Shown here: in pieces, positions 27,430 through 36,872 of the stretch
How positions within the stretch are numbered: position 1 is the first letter of the stretch
How the letters are laid out: the number at the start of each line of letters is the position of its first letter
Origin: Chloroflexi bacterium GWB2_54_36
GTDB taxonomy: Bacteria; Chloroflexota; Anaerolineae; Anaerolineales; Anaerolineaceae
Reading direction: 5' to 3'
NCBI GenBank assembly: GCA_001796355.1
Contig: MGMG01000081.1
Span: 196-64,195 of the forward strand
Length of the DNA stretch: 64,000 nt
Notes under the pieces: generated by a model
Told to the model about the DNA's origin: nothing
Seen by the model: only the letters and a program-made list of their open reading frames with translations
The model's database searches: none
Program-made: the position numbers and the translations under genes

Positions 27430-27801
27430 ATGACACATGTTGTGCTGATCGAAGACGACCCGTCCATGCGGCATTTGCTCAAAATATTTTTGGAGATGGA
27501 GCAGTTTAGGACCACGCTCATCGACCATTTTGAGCCGAATGCAGTCATTGCTGAATTACAATCCAGCCAGGCTGATTTCTTACTCATGGACGTCCACTTG
27601 AACGGCGCAAATGGCCTTGCGCTATTGGCATCGGTCCGCGAGCAGCAGGGGTTAAAAGACCTCAAAATTTTGATGACTTCTGGCGAGGATTGCGAAGACG
27701 CCTGCCTAGCGGCAGGCGCTAACGGATTCCTCCTCAAACCCTATGCACCCACAGATTTACTCACCTGGCTGCGGTCTAAGGATTCGTCGCTCTCCAACTA
27801 A
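27430..27801 (+). CDS. Single-domain response regulator (receiver)
   Basis: LIEDD, LLMDVHL, MTSG and LLKPY. Confidence 0.88.
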   Translation: MTHVVLIEDDPSMRHLLKIFLEMEQFRTTLIDHFEPNAVIAELQSSQADFLLMDVHLNGANGLALLASVREQQGLKDLKILMTSGEDCEDACLAAGANGFLLKPYAPTDLLTWLRSKDSSLSN

Positions 27802-27818
27802 ATTTGAGGAGCATACTT

Positions 27819-29567
27819 ATGGCAAGAAAACAAAACCAGGCTGCCAGTCAATGGTATACCGTTGATTTGCACCTGCACACCCCTGCGTCCACTGATTTTC
27901 AGCAACCGGATGCAACTTACATTGACATTTTAGAAAAGGCCGAAACGCGCGGTCTGGATATGATCGCCTTCACCGACCATAATACGGTGGCAGGCTATCG
28001 CAAACTCAGCGACGAGATTCAGCAGTTGGAGCTGCTCGAAAAATTAGGGCGGCTGCTGCCGGAAGAGCGCACGCGGCTTGACCAATACCGGCGGCTGATG
28101 GCCAGGATCCTGGTGCTTCCCGGATTCGAATTCACTGCCACCTTTGGTTTTCATATCCTGTGCATTTTTCCACCGGATAAGCCCGTGCGAGAACTCGAAC
28201 ATTTGCTGCTGACGCTGAATATCCCCCCGGAACACATCGACGAGGGTTCTCAAACGGTCGGCGCCACCTCGGATGCGCTTACTGTTTACCGGGTGGTCAA
28301 CCAGCATGGCGGCCTGGTGATCGCCGCACACGCCAACTCAAGCAACGGCGTTGCCATGCGCGGTTTCAATTTTGGCGGCCAAACCAAGATCGCCTTTACG
28401 CAAGACATCAATTTGCATGCGTTGGAAGTGACCGACCTGGAACAAAAGGGGCCGCGCAGCACAGCGGCATTTTTTAACGGCACCAAACCGGAATACCCTC
28501 GCCGAATGCACTGCGTCCAGGGATCTGACGCCCATCGGGTAACGGCTGACCCATTGCGCAAGAAAAATCTCAGTATTGGTGATCGGGCAACCGATGTGCT
28601 GATGACCGAATGTACCTTCCAGGCGCTCAAGGAAGTTTTCCTTGGCAACGACTTTTCGCGTACCCGCCCCCACAGCCATGCAGAAGAACAGGCGTACGAC
28701 TTCATCCAATCCGCTGTAGAAGAAGGTTCGAATATCATCACAGAGTTCCATGACAGCATTACGGTTCGCGGCGGAAAACTGTACGATATTTTGGCGGATG
28801 TGTGCGCCTTTGCCAATACCAACGGCGGGACGCTCTACCTGGGGGTGAGCGAAGATGTCAAAAAGCTGCCAGTGGGTATTCCTGACCCGGAGCAAGCGAT
28901 TCAGCAAATCGAGAAAGAGATCAACAATCGAATCAGCCCTCCGCTTCATTGTCAGATGGACATTCACGACTACCGCGGCAAGAAATTGGTGCGGGTGCTG
29001 GTGCCGCGCGGCGATGAACCACCTTACGCCGTGGACGACAACAAGATTTATGTACGCGATGAAGCCGAAACCGGCCTGGCTGTGCGCGACGAAATCGTCA
29101 GTTTGGTGCTGCGCAACAAACGCGAACCGCACGCTGTATCTCAGCCCTCGACCAGTCCGACCGAACCGGTTACCCGCGCGGAGGCGCCTGTCAAAGAAGA
29201 AGCCGATATGGATGATGCGCCGCGTACTGGTGTGGAAGTGTTGAATCCCGAAGAACGACAGGGTAAAACGTACTTCACCATGCGGGATTTGCGCAACGGC
29301 AACATGGTCAAAAATGTCACCCGCGCATCCGCCCGTAAGTTGTGGCATTACGCCATCAACCGGTATAACGAGCTGGCGCCTAATTTAGAAAATACGCACA
29401 TCACCTGGCAAGGCGACCTGGGTTTCATAGGCCAGGTCAGACAGGGTAGCACGGTGCGCTACGACCTGATTCAACGCACCACGGGCGGATATCGTTTCTA
29501 TTTTGGCGTCACCGCTGATGGCATACACGGCGGCTGGAAGCACTTGATTGGCGAGGATGAAGGCTAA
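27819..29567 (+). CDS. PHP phosphoesterase fused to a Schlafen/AlbA_2 domain and an unknown C-terminal domain
   Basis: PHP motifs DLHLHT, TDHN, GFEF...FHIL, AHAN and GSDAH. AlbA_2 motifs DVCAFANTNGGTLYLGV and RVLVPRGDEPPY...IYVR. RBS GAGGAG before ATG 27819. Confidence 0.85.
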   Translation: MARKQNQAASQWYTVDLHLHTPASTDFQQPDATYIDILEKAETRGLDMIAFTDHNTVAGYRKLSDEIQQLELLEKLGRLLPEERTRLDQYRRLMARILVLPGFEFTATFGFHILCIFPPDKPVRELEHLLLTLNIPPEHIDEGSQTVGATSDALTVYRVVNQHGGLVIAAHANSSNGVAMRGFNFGGQTKIAFTQDINLHALEVTDLEQKGPRSTAAFFNGTKPEYPRRMHCVQGSDAHRVTADPLRKKNLSIGDRATDVLMTECTFQALKEVFLGNDFSRTRPHSHAEEQAYDFIQSAVEEGSNIITEFHDSITVRGGKLYDILADVCAFANTNGGTLYLGVSEDVKKLPVGIPDPEQAIQQIEKEINNRISPPLHCQMDIHDYRGKKLVRVLVPRGDEPPYAVDDNKIYVRDEAETGLAVRDEIVSLVLRNKREPHAVSQPSTSPTEPVTRAEAPVKEEADMDDAPRTGVEVLNPEERQGKTYFTMRDLRNGNMVKNVTRASARKLWHYAINRYNELAPNLENTHITWQGDLGFIGQVRQGSTVRYDLIQRTTGGYRFYFGVTADGIHGGWKHLIGEDEG

Positions 29568-30076
29568 TGACCGTCCGGTTTAGCGTGCTCACCGTGTCAG
29601 ACCGGTCAGCCCGCGGCGAGCGGGAAGATTTGGCCGGTCCGGCGTTGGTTAAACAGGTAGAGACTGCCGGCCACAGGATCGTCCATATCGCGATTGTTGC
29701 GGATGAAGCAGCCGATATCAGCCGAGTGTTGACAATCTGGTGCGACTCCGGTGAGACCGATGTGATTCTAACCACGGGCGGGACAGGTTTTGCCCCACGT
29801 GATGTCACGCCGGAAGCTACCGCGGCGGTTATTCAACGGTCGGCTCCCGGCATTGCTGAAGCAGCTCGGGCTTTCAGCTTACAGCTGACGCCGCATGCCA
29901 TGCTGAGCCGCAATGCTGCTGGCATTCGCGGTCGTACGCTGATCATTAACCTCCCGGGCAGCCCAAAAGCTTCCCGGGAGATCCTGGATTATCTGCTGCC
30001 GGTGCTGTCGCACGCGGTTGAACTCCTAAAAGACGACCCGCGCGCTGAACAAGGCCACGGAAAGATTGGCGTGTAA
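29567..30076 (+). CDS. mog: MogA/MoaB molybdopterin adenylyltransferase
   Basis: LTVSDR, TTGGTGFAPRDVTPEAT, SRNAAGIRG and NLPGSPKA; TAATG overlap with the upstream gene. Confidence 0.92.
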   Translation: MTVRFSVLTVSDRSARGEREDLAGPALVKQVETAGHRIVHIAIVADEAADISRVLTIWCDSGETDVILTTGGTGFAPRDVTPEATAAVIQRSAPGIAEAARAFSLQLTPHAMLSRNAAGIRGRTLIINLPGSPKASREILDYLLPVLSHAVELLKDDPRAEQGHGKIGV

Positions 30077-30078
30077 GT

Positions 30079-31401
30079 TCACCCGCCGTTTTTGGGTGGT
30101 TCCAACACCGAACCATGGGGCAATTTTCCGAATTCCAGAGCGGCCTGCAGCGTATCATCCCGCCGGATCAGGCTGACCGGGACGTTATACTGGCGTATTT
30201 TTTCCGCTATTTCATCGGAACTGGTTGCCGAGCCAAACCCGCGCGGGTCAATCAGCACAACCACCGGCTGCAAATCGCGGCGCTGCAAGATATCAACCGC
30301 CAGGACCATATTCTCCGTATTGGAGGCCGTGACCAGCACCACGGTGCTTCCCCGGACGATCTGATTGGCCTGCCCTTCAATTAACCCCAACAGGGGGAGC
30401 TTGCCTTCAGGTTTCAGAAATGCGCAGACCTCGAGAATCTTTCCCAATTGCCGCTCGCCGCGCTCAGCCGGGATTAAATTGAGGTGAGTGGCTGAGCTGG
30501 CGAACCCGACAGACCGGCCTTCCAAAATATAATAATTTGCAATGGAAGCCGCCGCAGAGACAGCATACTCAAAGGTATCCGGCGGCAGCGGAACCTCGAC
30601 CTTGTGCGGCAGCACCCAGAACTGTTCACGCTGCAACTGGTCGTAAGGCTCATAAGGCAGCGCCAGGTTAACGCCCTGCAATGCATCCAGCAGGACCCAG
30701 ACATCGGCCTGGGGATCCTGCTCGAATTCCTTGACCATCAAGCGGTCCTTCCGGGCTGTGGAGCGCCAGTGGATGCGGCTTAGCGGGTCGCCAGGGGCGT
30801 ATTCGCGTACGCCTGCCGCATACGGCGTAACTTCCAGACTCTTGCGCCGCAGCGCTCGTCCACCTGGCAAACGCCCGGTTGGGCCGGGAAAATTTTCAAG
30901 ATTCACCATAAAAGGCAGCACCACCAGTTTATGGTCTGATTCGAATAATTTCTCTCTAGCAAACAATCCGAATGGATCGCCGGATGAAATCATAGTCGGG
31001 CCGAGTAGAAAAGAACCGCGCTGGGTCAATAGGGTACGCGAATAATACGAGCGGTACTGGTGCGGGCCAATATTGGCAACCACTTTGGAACCACGTTTAC
31101 CCGGCAAATCCGTCAGGTCGCGTACTTCTAGCCAGAGACGCCCCAGCCGCGAAAGATTGATGATTTCAAAGCGTTCTTCGAAGATTTGCCCCACCTGCTG
31201 CCGGAGAACACGGGAAGTTCGATGAATTTCCAGTCCGCGCAGCGATGCTGCCGTCCAGATGAGGGATACCAATCCAACTAGAATCAACAGATAGCCGATG
31301 CGGTAATATACGTAGGTGTTTTGCGGCTCGGACAAATAGGTAGCCAGATACACGCCCCCCAGCAGAACCAGATAGGCTAAAAAAGCGCGTCGAATGATCA
31401 T
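30079..31401 (-). CDS. DUF58 domain protein
   Basis: SGDPFGLF, GVREYAPGDPLSRIHWRSTAR, LMVKEFE and FEYAVSAAASIA. Confidence 0.92.
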   Translation of the reverse strand: MIIRRAFLAYLVLLGGVYLATYLSEPQNTYVYYRIGYLLILVGLVSLIWTAASLRGLEIHRTSRVLRQQVGQIFEERFEIINLSRLGRLWLEVRDLTDLPGKRGSKVVANIGPHQYRSYYSRTLLTQRGSFLLGPTMISSGDPFGLFAREKLFESDHKLVVLPFMVNLENFPGPTGRLPGGRALRRKSLEVTPYAAGVREYAPGDPLSRIHWRSTARKDRLMVKEFEQDPQADVWVLLDALQGVNLALPYEPYDQLQREQFWVLPHKVEVPLPPDTFEYAVSAAASIANYYILEGRSVGFASSATHLNLIPAERGERQLGKILEVCAFLKPEGKLPLLGLIEGQANQIVRGSTVVLVTASNTENMVLAVDILQRRDLQPVVVLIDPRGFGSATSSDEIAEKIRQYNVPVSLIRRDDTLQAALEFGKLPHGSVLEPPKNGG

Positions 31402-32375
31402 CCCACTTCGGTTTTGGTGCTCAGATCTCCGCCAGGTACCGGCAGGTTCGCCATTACTTCATGCACAATTTGGTCAGCCGAAAGATTGCGCAGGCGGGCT
31501 GCTGGTTGTACCACCATGCGGTGCGCCAGAACGTACTCCGCCAGGAATTTGACGTCATCTGGCAGGACGTAATTGCGTCCTTGCATGGCAGCCATTGCCT
31601 GCCCGGCCCTGAAGAGGCCCAGACTGCCGCGCGGGCTCGAGCCCAGATAAACATCCGAGTTATCCCGGGTGGCGCGCACGATCTCCACAATGTACCGTTT
31701 GACTGGAGGAGAAACAAAAATCGTCTTTACCAACTCCTGGATTTCCAGAAGCTCGGTTACTTCAGCAACTGATTTGAGGTCCAGGATAGGATGCCGGAGC
31801 TGCTGCAGCTCTAAAATGCGAATCTCATCCATCAAGGCTGGGTAACCCATGCGAACCCGCATGAAGAACCGGTCCAACTGTGCTTCGGGCAGCGGAAAAG
31901 TACCTTCGTATTCAATCGGGTTCTGGGTGCCAAGCACCATAAATGGTTTCGGCAGCGGGTAAGTCACGCCGTCCACCGTAACCTGACGCTCTTCCATGGC
32001 TTCCAGCATCGCCGATTGGGTCTTTGGCGTTGCCCGGTTGATTTCGTCCGCCAGGATGATCTGAGCCATAATCGGCCCCGGCCGGTATTCAAATTCACGC
32101 GTGACCTGATTAAATATGGCTACGCCGGTCACATCGCTTGGAAGCATGTCCGGAGTAAATTGAATGCGGCTGAATTCACAACCCAGCGATTTAGCTAAAC
32201 TGCGTGCCAGGACGGTTTTGCCAACCCCCGGCACATCATCAATCAACAAATGCCCCTGGCACAAAAGACCAACAGCAACTAATTCGAGCGTCTGGTTTTT
32301 CCCGACAATGACCTTTTCCAAATTGGTAATGATCCGTTTCGAAAAGTCCTGGATCTTTGGCGCGGGGTTATCCAT
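31398..32375 (-). CDS. MoxR-family AAA+ ATPase
   Basis: DVPGVGKT, IQFTPDMLPSD, ADEINRATPKTQSAMLEAM and GTFPLPEAQLDRF. Confidence 0.96.
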   Translation of the reverse strand: MDNPAPKIQDFSKRIITNLEKVIVGKNQTLELVAVGLLCQGHLLIDDVPGVGKTVLARSLAKSLGCEFSRIQFTPDMLPSDVTGVAIFNQVTREFEYRPGPIMAQIILADEINRATPKTQSAMLEAMEERQVTVDGVTYPLPKPFMVLGTQNPIEYEGTFPLPEAQLDRFFMRVRMGYPALMDEIRILELQQLRHPILDLKSVAEVTELLEIQELVKTIFVSPPVKRYIVEIVRATRDNSDVYLGSSPRGSLGLFRAGQAMAAMQGRNYVLPDDVKFLAEYVLAHRMVVQPAARLRNLSADQIVHEVMANLPVPGGDLSTKTEVG

Positions 32376-32416
32376 TCATAGCTCCTTCAATGTGCAGGTT
32401 GATTCGCCTGTAAAGG

Positions 32417-34735
32417 TTATTTGGATTTTTGTCGAAGTGCCAGCCGGGCCAGTCCCATGAAAACCCATGATACCAGACTAACCCATAAACCTGAAGTAAA
32501 ACTGTCCGGTTTATATTCTAATTCAACCTGATGTAACCCGGCAGGCACGCTGACCGCTTTGAACAAATAATCCGCTCGCAAAACCGGCGATGGCATACCA
32601 TCTACGGCTGCTTCCCAACCCGGATACCAGGTGTCCCGTATCACTACCCAGCCGTCACTGGAACTATCCAATCTAAGCACAATAAGGTTGGGTGAATCTG
32701 TCTGGACCGCCAGTCTTCCCTGCCCAGTACTTGTGCCGGCTGTGTCAACAAGATGATTTCCCTCCAAAACCACACAACCCGGCGCTGCGTCGGCCGCAAA
32801 GCGGTCGTTAACCATTTCGAAGGAATCGTCTGCTGACTCGGCCCATGCTGCGCAAGCCGACCAGGTAAAACGCGAGTCAGCTTCCAGGGGCTTTAATCCC
32901 GTCCGCTGCGTACCAGCGGGGTCCGCAACAATTTCAGCACCAGCATTCATCATCGCCAGCCATCGTTGCTCAAGTATTGGCTGAGCATATTCCATCTGAT
33001 CAAACCAGGTCGCGAATCGTGCAGGCGCCAGCGGATCAAAATTATTGACCATCGGCACCCCATCCAATAAATTCAGGTTTGGAACCAGAACATCCCGCAA
33101 TCTGCTCCAGTCCTTGCCTGATCCAAAATCCGCAAAATCAAATAACCGGTTGTACACAATTTCATATTGATCTTCGGGATCGATCCACACGCGCGCCCCT
33201 TCGAGCGTCTTATTGATTTGTTCTATTTGGCTATGCGCGGTATTGAATATTTTAACCGGGATGGTTGGGCTAACAACCGCTTGAGCAATCAGTAAATCGA
33301 CCAAAATCCATGCGCTGGCGACATATCCCCAACCGCTCAACCTGCCCACGGTTGGCAAGCGCCTGGCGATAAATGCACTGACCGTCGAAGCCAGGCCGAA
33401 TAAAATTAAACCGCGCACCATGCCCGACTTCACCTGAGGCAGAGCCATTGAGACTAAAACGGTGCTTGCGGCCAGAATTAATCCGCCAAAGGTTATCAGA
33501 TTGAACGCCACCCTGCCCTTCTTCCCGGGCTGCGTCCAGCGGTCAGCGGCCAGGCCGGCGAGCAGCGCCAGCGCGAAGGTTGGCCAGATCATCCAGCGGG
33601 CAGGTGCCTGGAACATCTCGAATGTTGGAATATTGTGAAATAACCAGGGGAAGATGGGTGTATTCGCACCCAGCGCGAGCAAAGTTCCACTAATGGTGAT
33701 TACCCACAAGAATCCGGCCAGATTGTGCAAACCATCCGCCCGATCTTTTTTCCGAAACAGCCAGGGAAGCGAGGTTAAAGCCAGGATGAACGGAATGAGC
33801 CCGATATAAACCGCATCTTCCCAATAGGTAGCGTAACCATAAAAATCACCATAGCCAGGATTGCCAAAGAGGTCGGGGATCAGAAATCCGAGCAGCCGCA
33901 AGGGTGAAAACGAATAAACCATGGCAGTTTCGAGGTCGTACGCCGCTGCGCGCTGCGATTGAAGCAGGTATTCAAAAGTAGGCATTAGTTGAATCGCTGT
34001 CAACAGCCCTGCAAAAATGCTGCAACCCACAAAGATGCCGGCGCACCGAAGCGATAATTTCCAACCGCCAAGCTGCCAACCTCTGACCAGTGCCCAAAAT
34101 CCGGCAAAAAGCAGAGCATACCAGGCGACCTGTGCATGCCCTGCCAGCAGCATCATGGCAAGGTACAGCGCTAGCTTCAGCCCAACCCGCAAGCCCTCCA
34201 TTTTCGTTTTGCAGATGAACAATCCGTCGATGGCGGTCAATATCCACGGCAGCCAGACTGCTGCCCAGATCATGGAGAAAAAGCTGCCGCGCGCTACCAG
34301 ATAGCCGCCCATGCCAAAGGCCAGGCCAGCAACAATTTGACCGCGCTGCCGGACGCCTAACCCACGCAGCAGCCGTACCACCCCAACAGCGCCCCAGGCC
34401 AGGTGGAGCGGTACTAATAAGGTAAACCCCCAAGCCAAACCGGCCGGGCCCCAGAGTTCATCCATCAAGAATAATGGCCATGCGGGGGGATAAAACAACG
34501 CCAGTTGATAGTTAGCCATCAGCGGCGCGCCAAGGCCATTGAGTGGATTCCAAAGCGGAAAAATCCCTTCCCGCAGTAAAGTCCAGGCATAATGCCGCCA
34601 GGGGATGAATTGCAGGGTTGGCAGCCCCCAGAAGATTGCCCTGCCGCGGAGTAAGGGCAGCAAAAATAACAATAGAGGAGCAGCGCTCACCCACCATTCC
34701 GAAGTAAGCAGTAAACGGATCTTACGGCTGGTCAT
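32417..34735 (-). CDS. YfhO-family (GT-C-like) membrane protein
   Basis: PLWNPLNGLGAPLMANYQ, LLAGHAQ, FQAPARW and DTWYPGWEAAVDG; start placed at ATG 34735. Confidence 0.85.
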   Translation of the reverse strand: MTSRKIRLLLTSEWWVSAAPLLLFLLPLLRGRAIFWGLPTLQFIPWRHYAWTLLREGIFPLWNPLNGLGAPLMANYQLALFYPPAWPLFLMDELWGPAGLAWGFTLLVPLHLAWGAVGVVRLLRGLGVRQRGQIVAGLAFGMGGYLVARGSFFSMIWAAVWLPWILTAIDGLFICKTKMEGLRVGLKLALYLAMMLLAGHAQVAWYALLFAGFWALVRGWQLGGWKLSLRCAGIFVGCSIFAGLLTAIQLMPTFEYLLQSQRAAAYDLETAMVYSFSPLRLLGFLIPDLFGNPGYGDFYGYATYWEDAVYIGLIPFILALTSLPWLFRKKDRADGLHNLAGFLWVITISGTLLALGANTPIFPWLFHNIPTFEMFQAPARWMIWPTFALALLAGLAADRWTQPGKKGRVAFNLITFGGLILAASTVLVSMALPQVKSGMVRGLILFGLASTVSAFIARRLPTVGRLSGWGYVASAWILVDLLIAQAVVSPTIPVKIFNTAHSQIEQINKTLEGARVWIDPEDQYEIVYNRLFDFADFGSGKDWSRLRDVLVPNLNLLDGVPMVNNFDPLAPARFATWFDQMEYAQPILEQRWLAMMNAGAEIVADPAGTQRTGLKPLEADSRFTWSACAAWAESADDSFEMVNDRFAADAAPGCVVLEGNHLVDTAGTSTGQGRLAVQTDSPNLIVLRLDSSSDGWVVIRDTWYPGWEAAVDGMPSPVLRADYLFKAVSVPAGLHQVELEYKPDSFTSGLWVSLVSWVFMGLARLALRQKSK

Positions 34736-36872
34736 TCTGACTCCCTCGCCGGTTTTTTCGGAATGAAATGTAGCCAAATCCCAGAGCAATCAACCAGGTC
34801 AGAATAGAAACCACCTGGCCAAGGGTCAGCAGCGGGGATTTAAAAGTCAAATCGACTTCGTGCAAGCCCTTACCGACCTCGGCACCAATCAATAAATTGG
34901 CTATGCGCAGTTTCTTAGCAGATTTCCCATCCACCGTCAGGCTCCATCCAGGGTAATCTACCATGGAAAAAACCACCAACCCCGGGCCATCCACTTCAAC
35001 CTTTAGTTGATTCGGCCGGTTCAGGATGATGCGGCCTGCCAATATGCTTCCAGTCCCATCTGCTCCATCCGCCGGCTCGACCCACACTCGTGGTTTCGCG
35101 TCAAGGTTTTCATAAATGTGAGTGCCGCCTGCTTGCCATACTTCCCTCAGGCGCTCATCTGTTAGCTCAAATTCGGAAACCACGTACTTGACATTGAGTA
35201 GACCTAACAACTCAGTATCCGGCTTTGCGCTGGCATTATCGACCTTCGGATCGCCACTGACAAATGCCGGGGTGGTAACCGAATAACCAGTAGATGCCAC
35301 ACCGCTGGCCCTTTCCATAAATTTGGCCGTGCTTGCCAGTTGCATTGGATTCACGCCGTCGGTCAATTCGAGTCCTAAATCCGCAGCGGTCTGCTGCGGG
35401 ATGGAATAAGAAGGTGAGTAAACTCGAAATTCACCTTCCTGGTTGGCCAAATAGAGCGCTGCACCTGCTCCTTCGCTCAGCACGTCGCATTTTGAGCGAA
35501 ATTGCACGCCCGCTAAATTGACACCGCTTAAATCAGCGACAACCAGCACCGCCAAACCGGCTGCCCAACTGCTTTTGGCAGCCCCAAATCGGTTGACCAG
35601 AACAATCAGCGCCAACCCGATTGGAAATGCCACGGCTGCCCAGATCATGCCTGTTGGCAGTGTTCCACTCATCAGGACCAAACCAGCAGTGATAAAGACA
35701 CTCAGTGCGGTCAGCCCGACCATGGGCAAGATCCACCGAGGTTTTTCCTGCCGGGTAGTCATTTCAAACAAATCATTGAATGCGTACGCGGCAACGATCA
35801 CCAATGCGAGACCAACGAGAAACCAAGCCCGACTGGGAACACGCAATAAATCGACCAGCGGCAGCTGCGCAACGGTCTCAGCGCCAGGCCACATGGATCC
35901 AAGTGAAATGACCGTCCCTGTCAATGCCAGTACCAGCCAAAACCCCACTTGCTGGCGCACTTTTTTTACAGTCAGCGCATAAATCGTCAGCAGCACATCC
36001 GCAGCGCCTGGATAGACCACCCACTCCGCGTACCCGCCAATATTCGGGAAAATGAGCGCTGCCAATTGGACAGGCGGTAAAGAGAAGGTTAAAACGTCCA
36101 TCGCTGTCAGGTTTGACCGGGTGGAAAGTTGGGTAAATTGCGCCAGCGGTAGCCACAAAACCGCAGATACCCCCAGCGCAAGCAGCGCCTGTAAACCACC
36201 GCGAGGCAGCCAGCGCAACAAATGGTTCCATGAATTCGCTCTCAGCGCCTGCCACAATCCCCACAAGACCCAGGCACCAGCGGCATAAGCCGCCCAGCGT
36301 GGATCGGCTAAAAAGATCACGCCAATCACCAGGCCGGGAAGAAAGGATGCGGCGGAAACTGATTTCCGCGTCTGCTGCCAGTAGAGCTCCGCCAGGAAAA
36401 GCCACGGCGTCCAGCTTACCGCATAAACCAGCGTGATATGTCCGGCTGCGGCGTGCGCGAACAATTTCGGCATCAATTCAAATGCAATCCCGCCCATCAA
36501 GGCTGCTTCCCGCCGCAATCCAAGCCGGCTGAGCAGCCAGACGATACCCAGCCCGCCCCACAGTACATGCAGCAGCAAAACGAGATTAAATCCAGCCGGT
36601 TGTGGCAGTCCATATGCCAGCCAGCCGGGCAAGTACCACAATCCTGATAGCGGATCAGCAGCAAAAGGCGCACCACTGAGGATCAGGTTTGACCATAGGG
36701 GTATCTCGCCGCTCTCACTCAGTGAACGGAGCAAATAGGTGGCGTTCGGAAGGTGGCTGACAGCCAGATCTGAGTATTCCGAGTTGATGTTATAGAAATA
36801 ATTGCCAGACTGTACAATCCACGGCAGGAGCGGCAGCAGCAGTACCAGGATGACTAACACCCAGCGTTTCAC
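34722..36872 (-). CDS. YfhO-family (GT-C-like) membrane protein
   Basis: YSDL, PLWSNLILSGAPFAADP, LLRVPSRAW, GLLNVKYVV and YPGWSLTVDG. Confidence 0.85.
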   Translation of the reverse strand: MKRWVLVILVLLLPLLPWIVQSGNYFYNINSEYSDLAVSHLPNATYLLRSLSESGEIPLWSNLILSGAPFAADPLSGLWYLPGWLAYGLPQPAGFNLVLLLHVLWGGLGIVWLLSRLGLRREAALMGGIAFELMPKLFAHAAAGHITLVYAVSWTPWLFLAELYWQQTRKSVSAASFLPGLVIGVIFLADPRWAAYAAGAWVLWGLWQALRANSWNHLLRWLPRGGLQALLALGVSAVLWLPLAQFTQLSTRSNLTAMDVLTFSLPPVQLAALIFPNIGGYAEWVVYPGAADVLLTIYALTVKKVRQQVGFWLVLALTGTVISLGSMWPGAETVAQLPLVDLLRVPSRAWFLVGLALVIVAAYAFNDLFEMTTRQEKPRWILPMVGLTALSVFITAGLVLMSGTLPTGMIWAAVAFPIGLALIVLVNRFGAAKSSWAAGLAVLVVADLSGVNLAGVQFRSKCDVLSEGAGAALYLANQEGEFRVYSPSYSIPQQTAADLGLELTDGVNPMQLASTAKFMERASGVASTGYSVTTPAFVSGDPKVDNASAKPDTELLGLLNVKYVVSEFELTDERLREVWQAGGTHIYENLDAKPRVWVEPADGADGTGSILAGRIILNRPNQLKVEVDGPGLVVFSMVDYPGWSLTVDGKSAKKLRIANLLIGAEVGKGLHEVDLTFKSPLLTLGQVVSILTWLIALGFGYISFRKNRRGSQNDQP

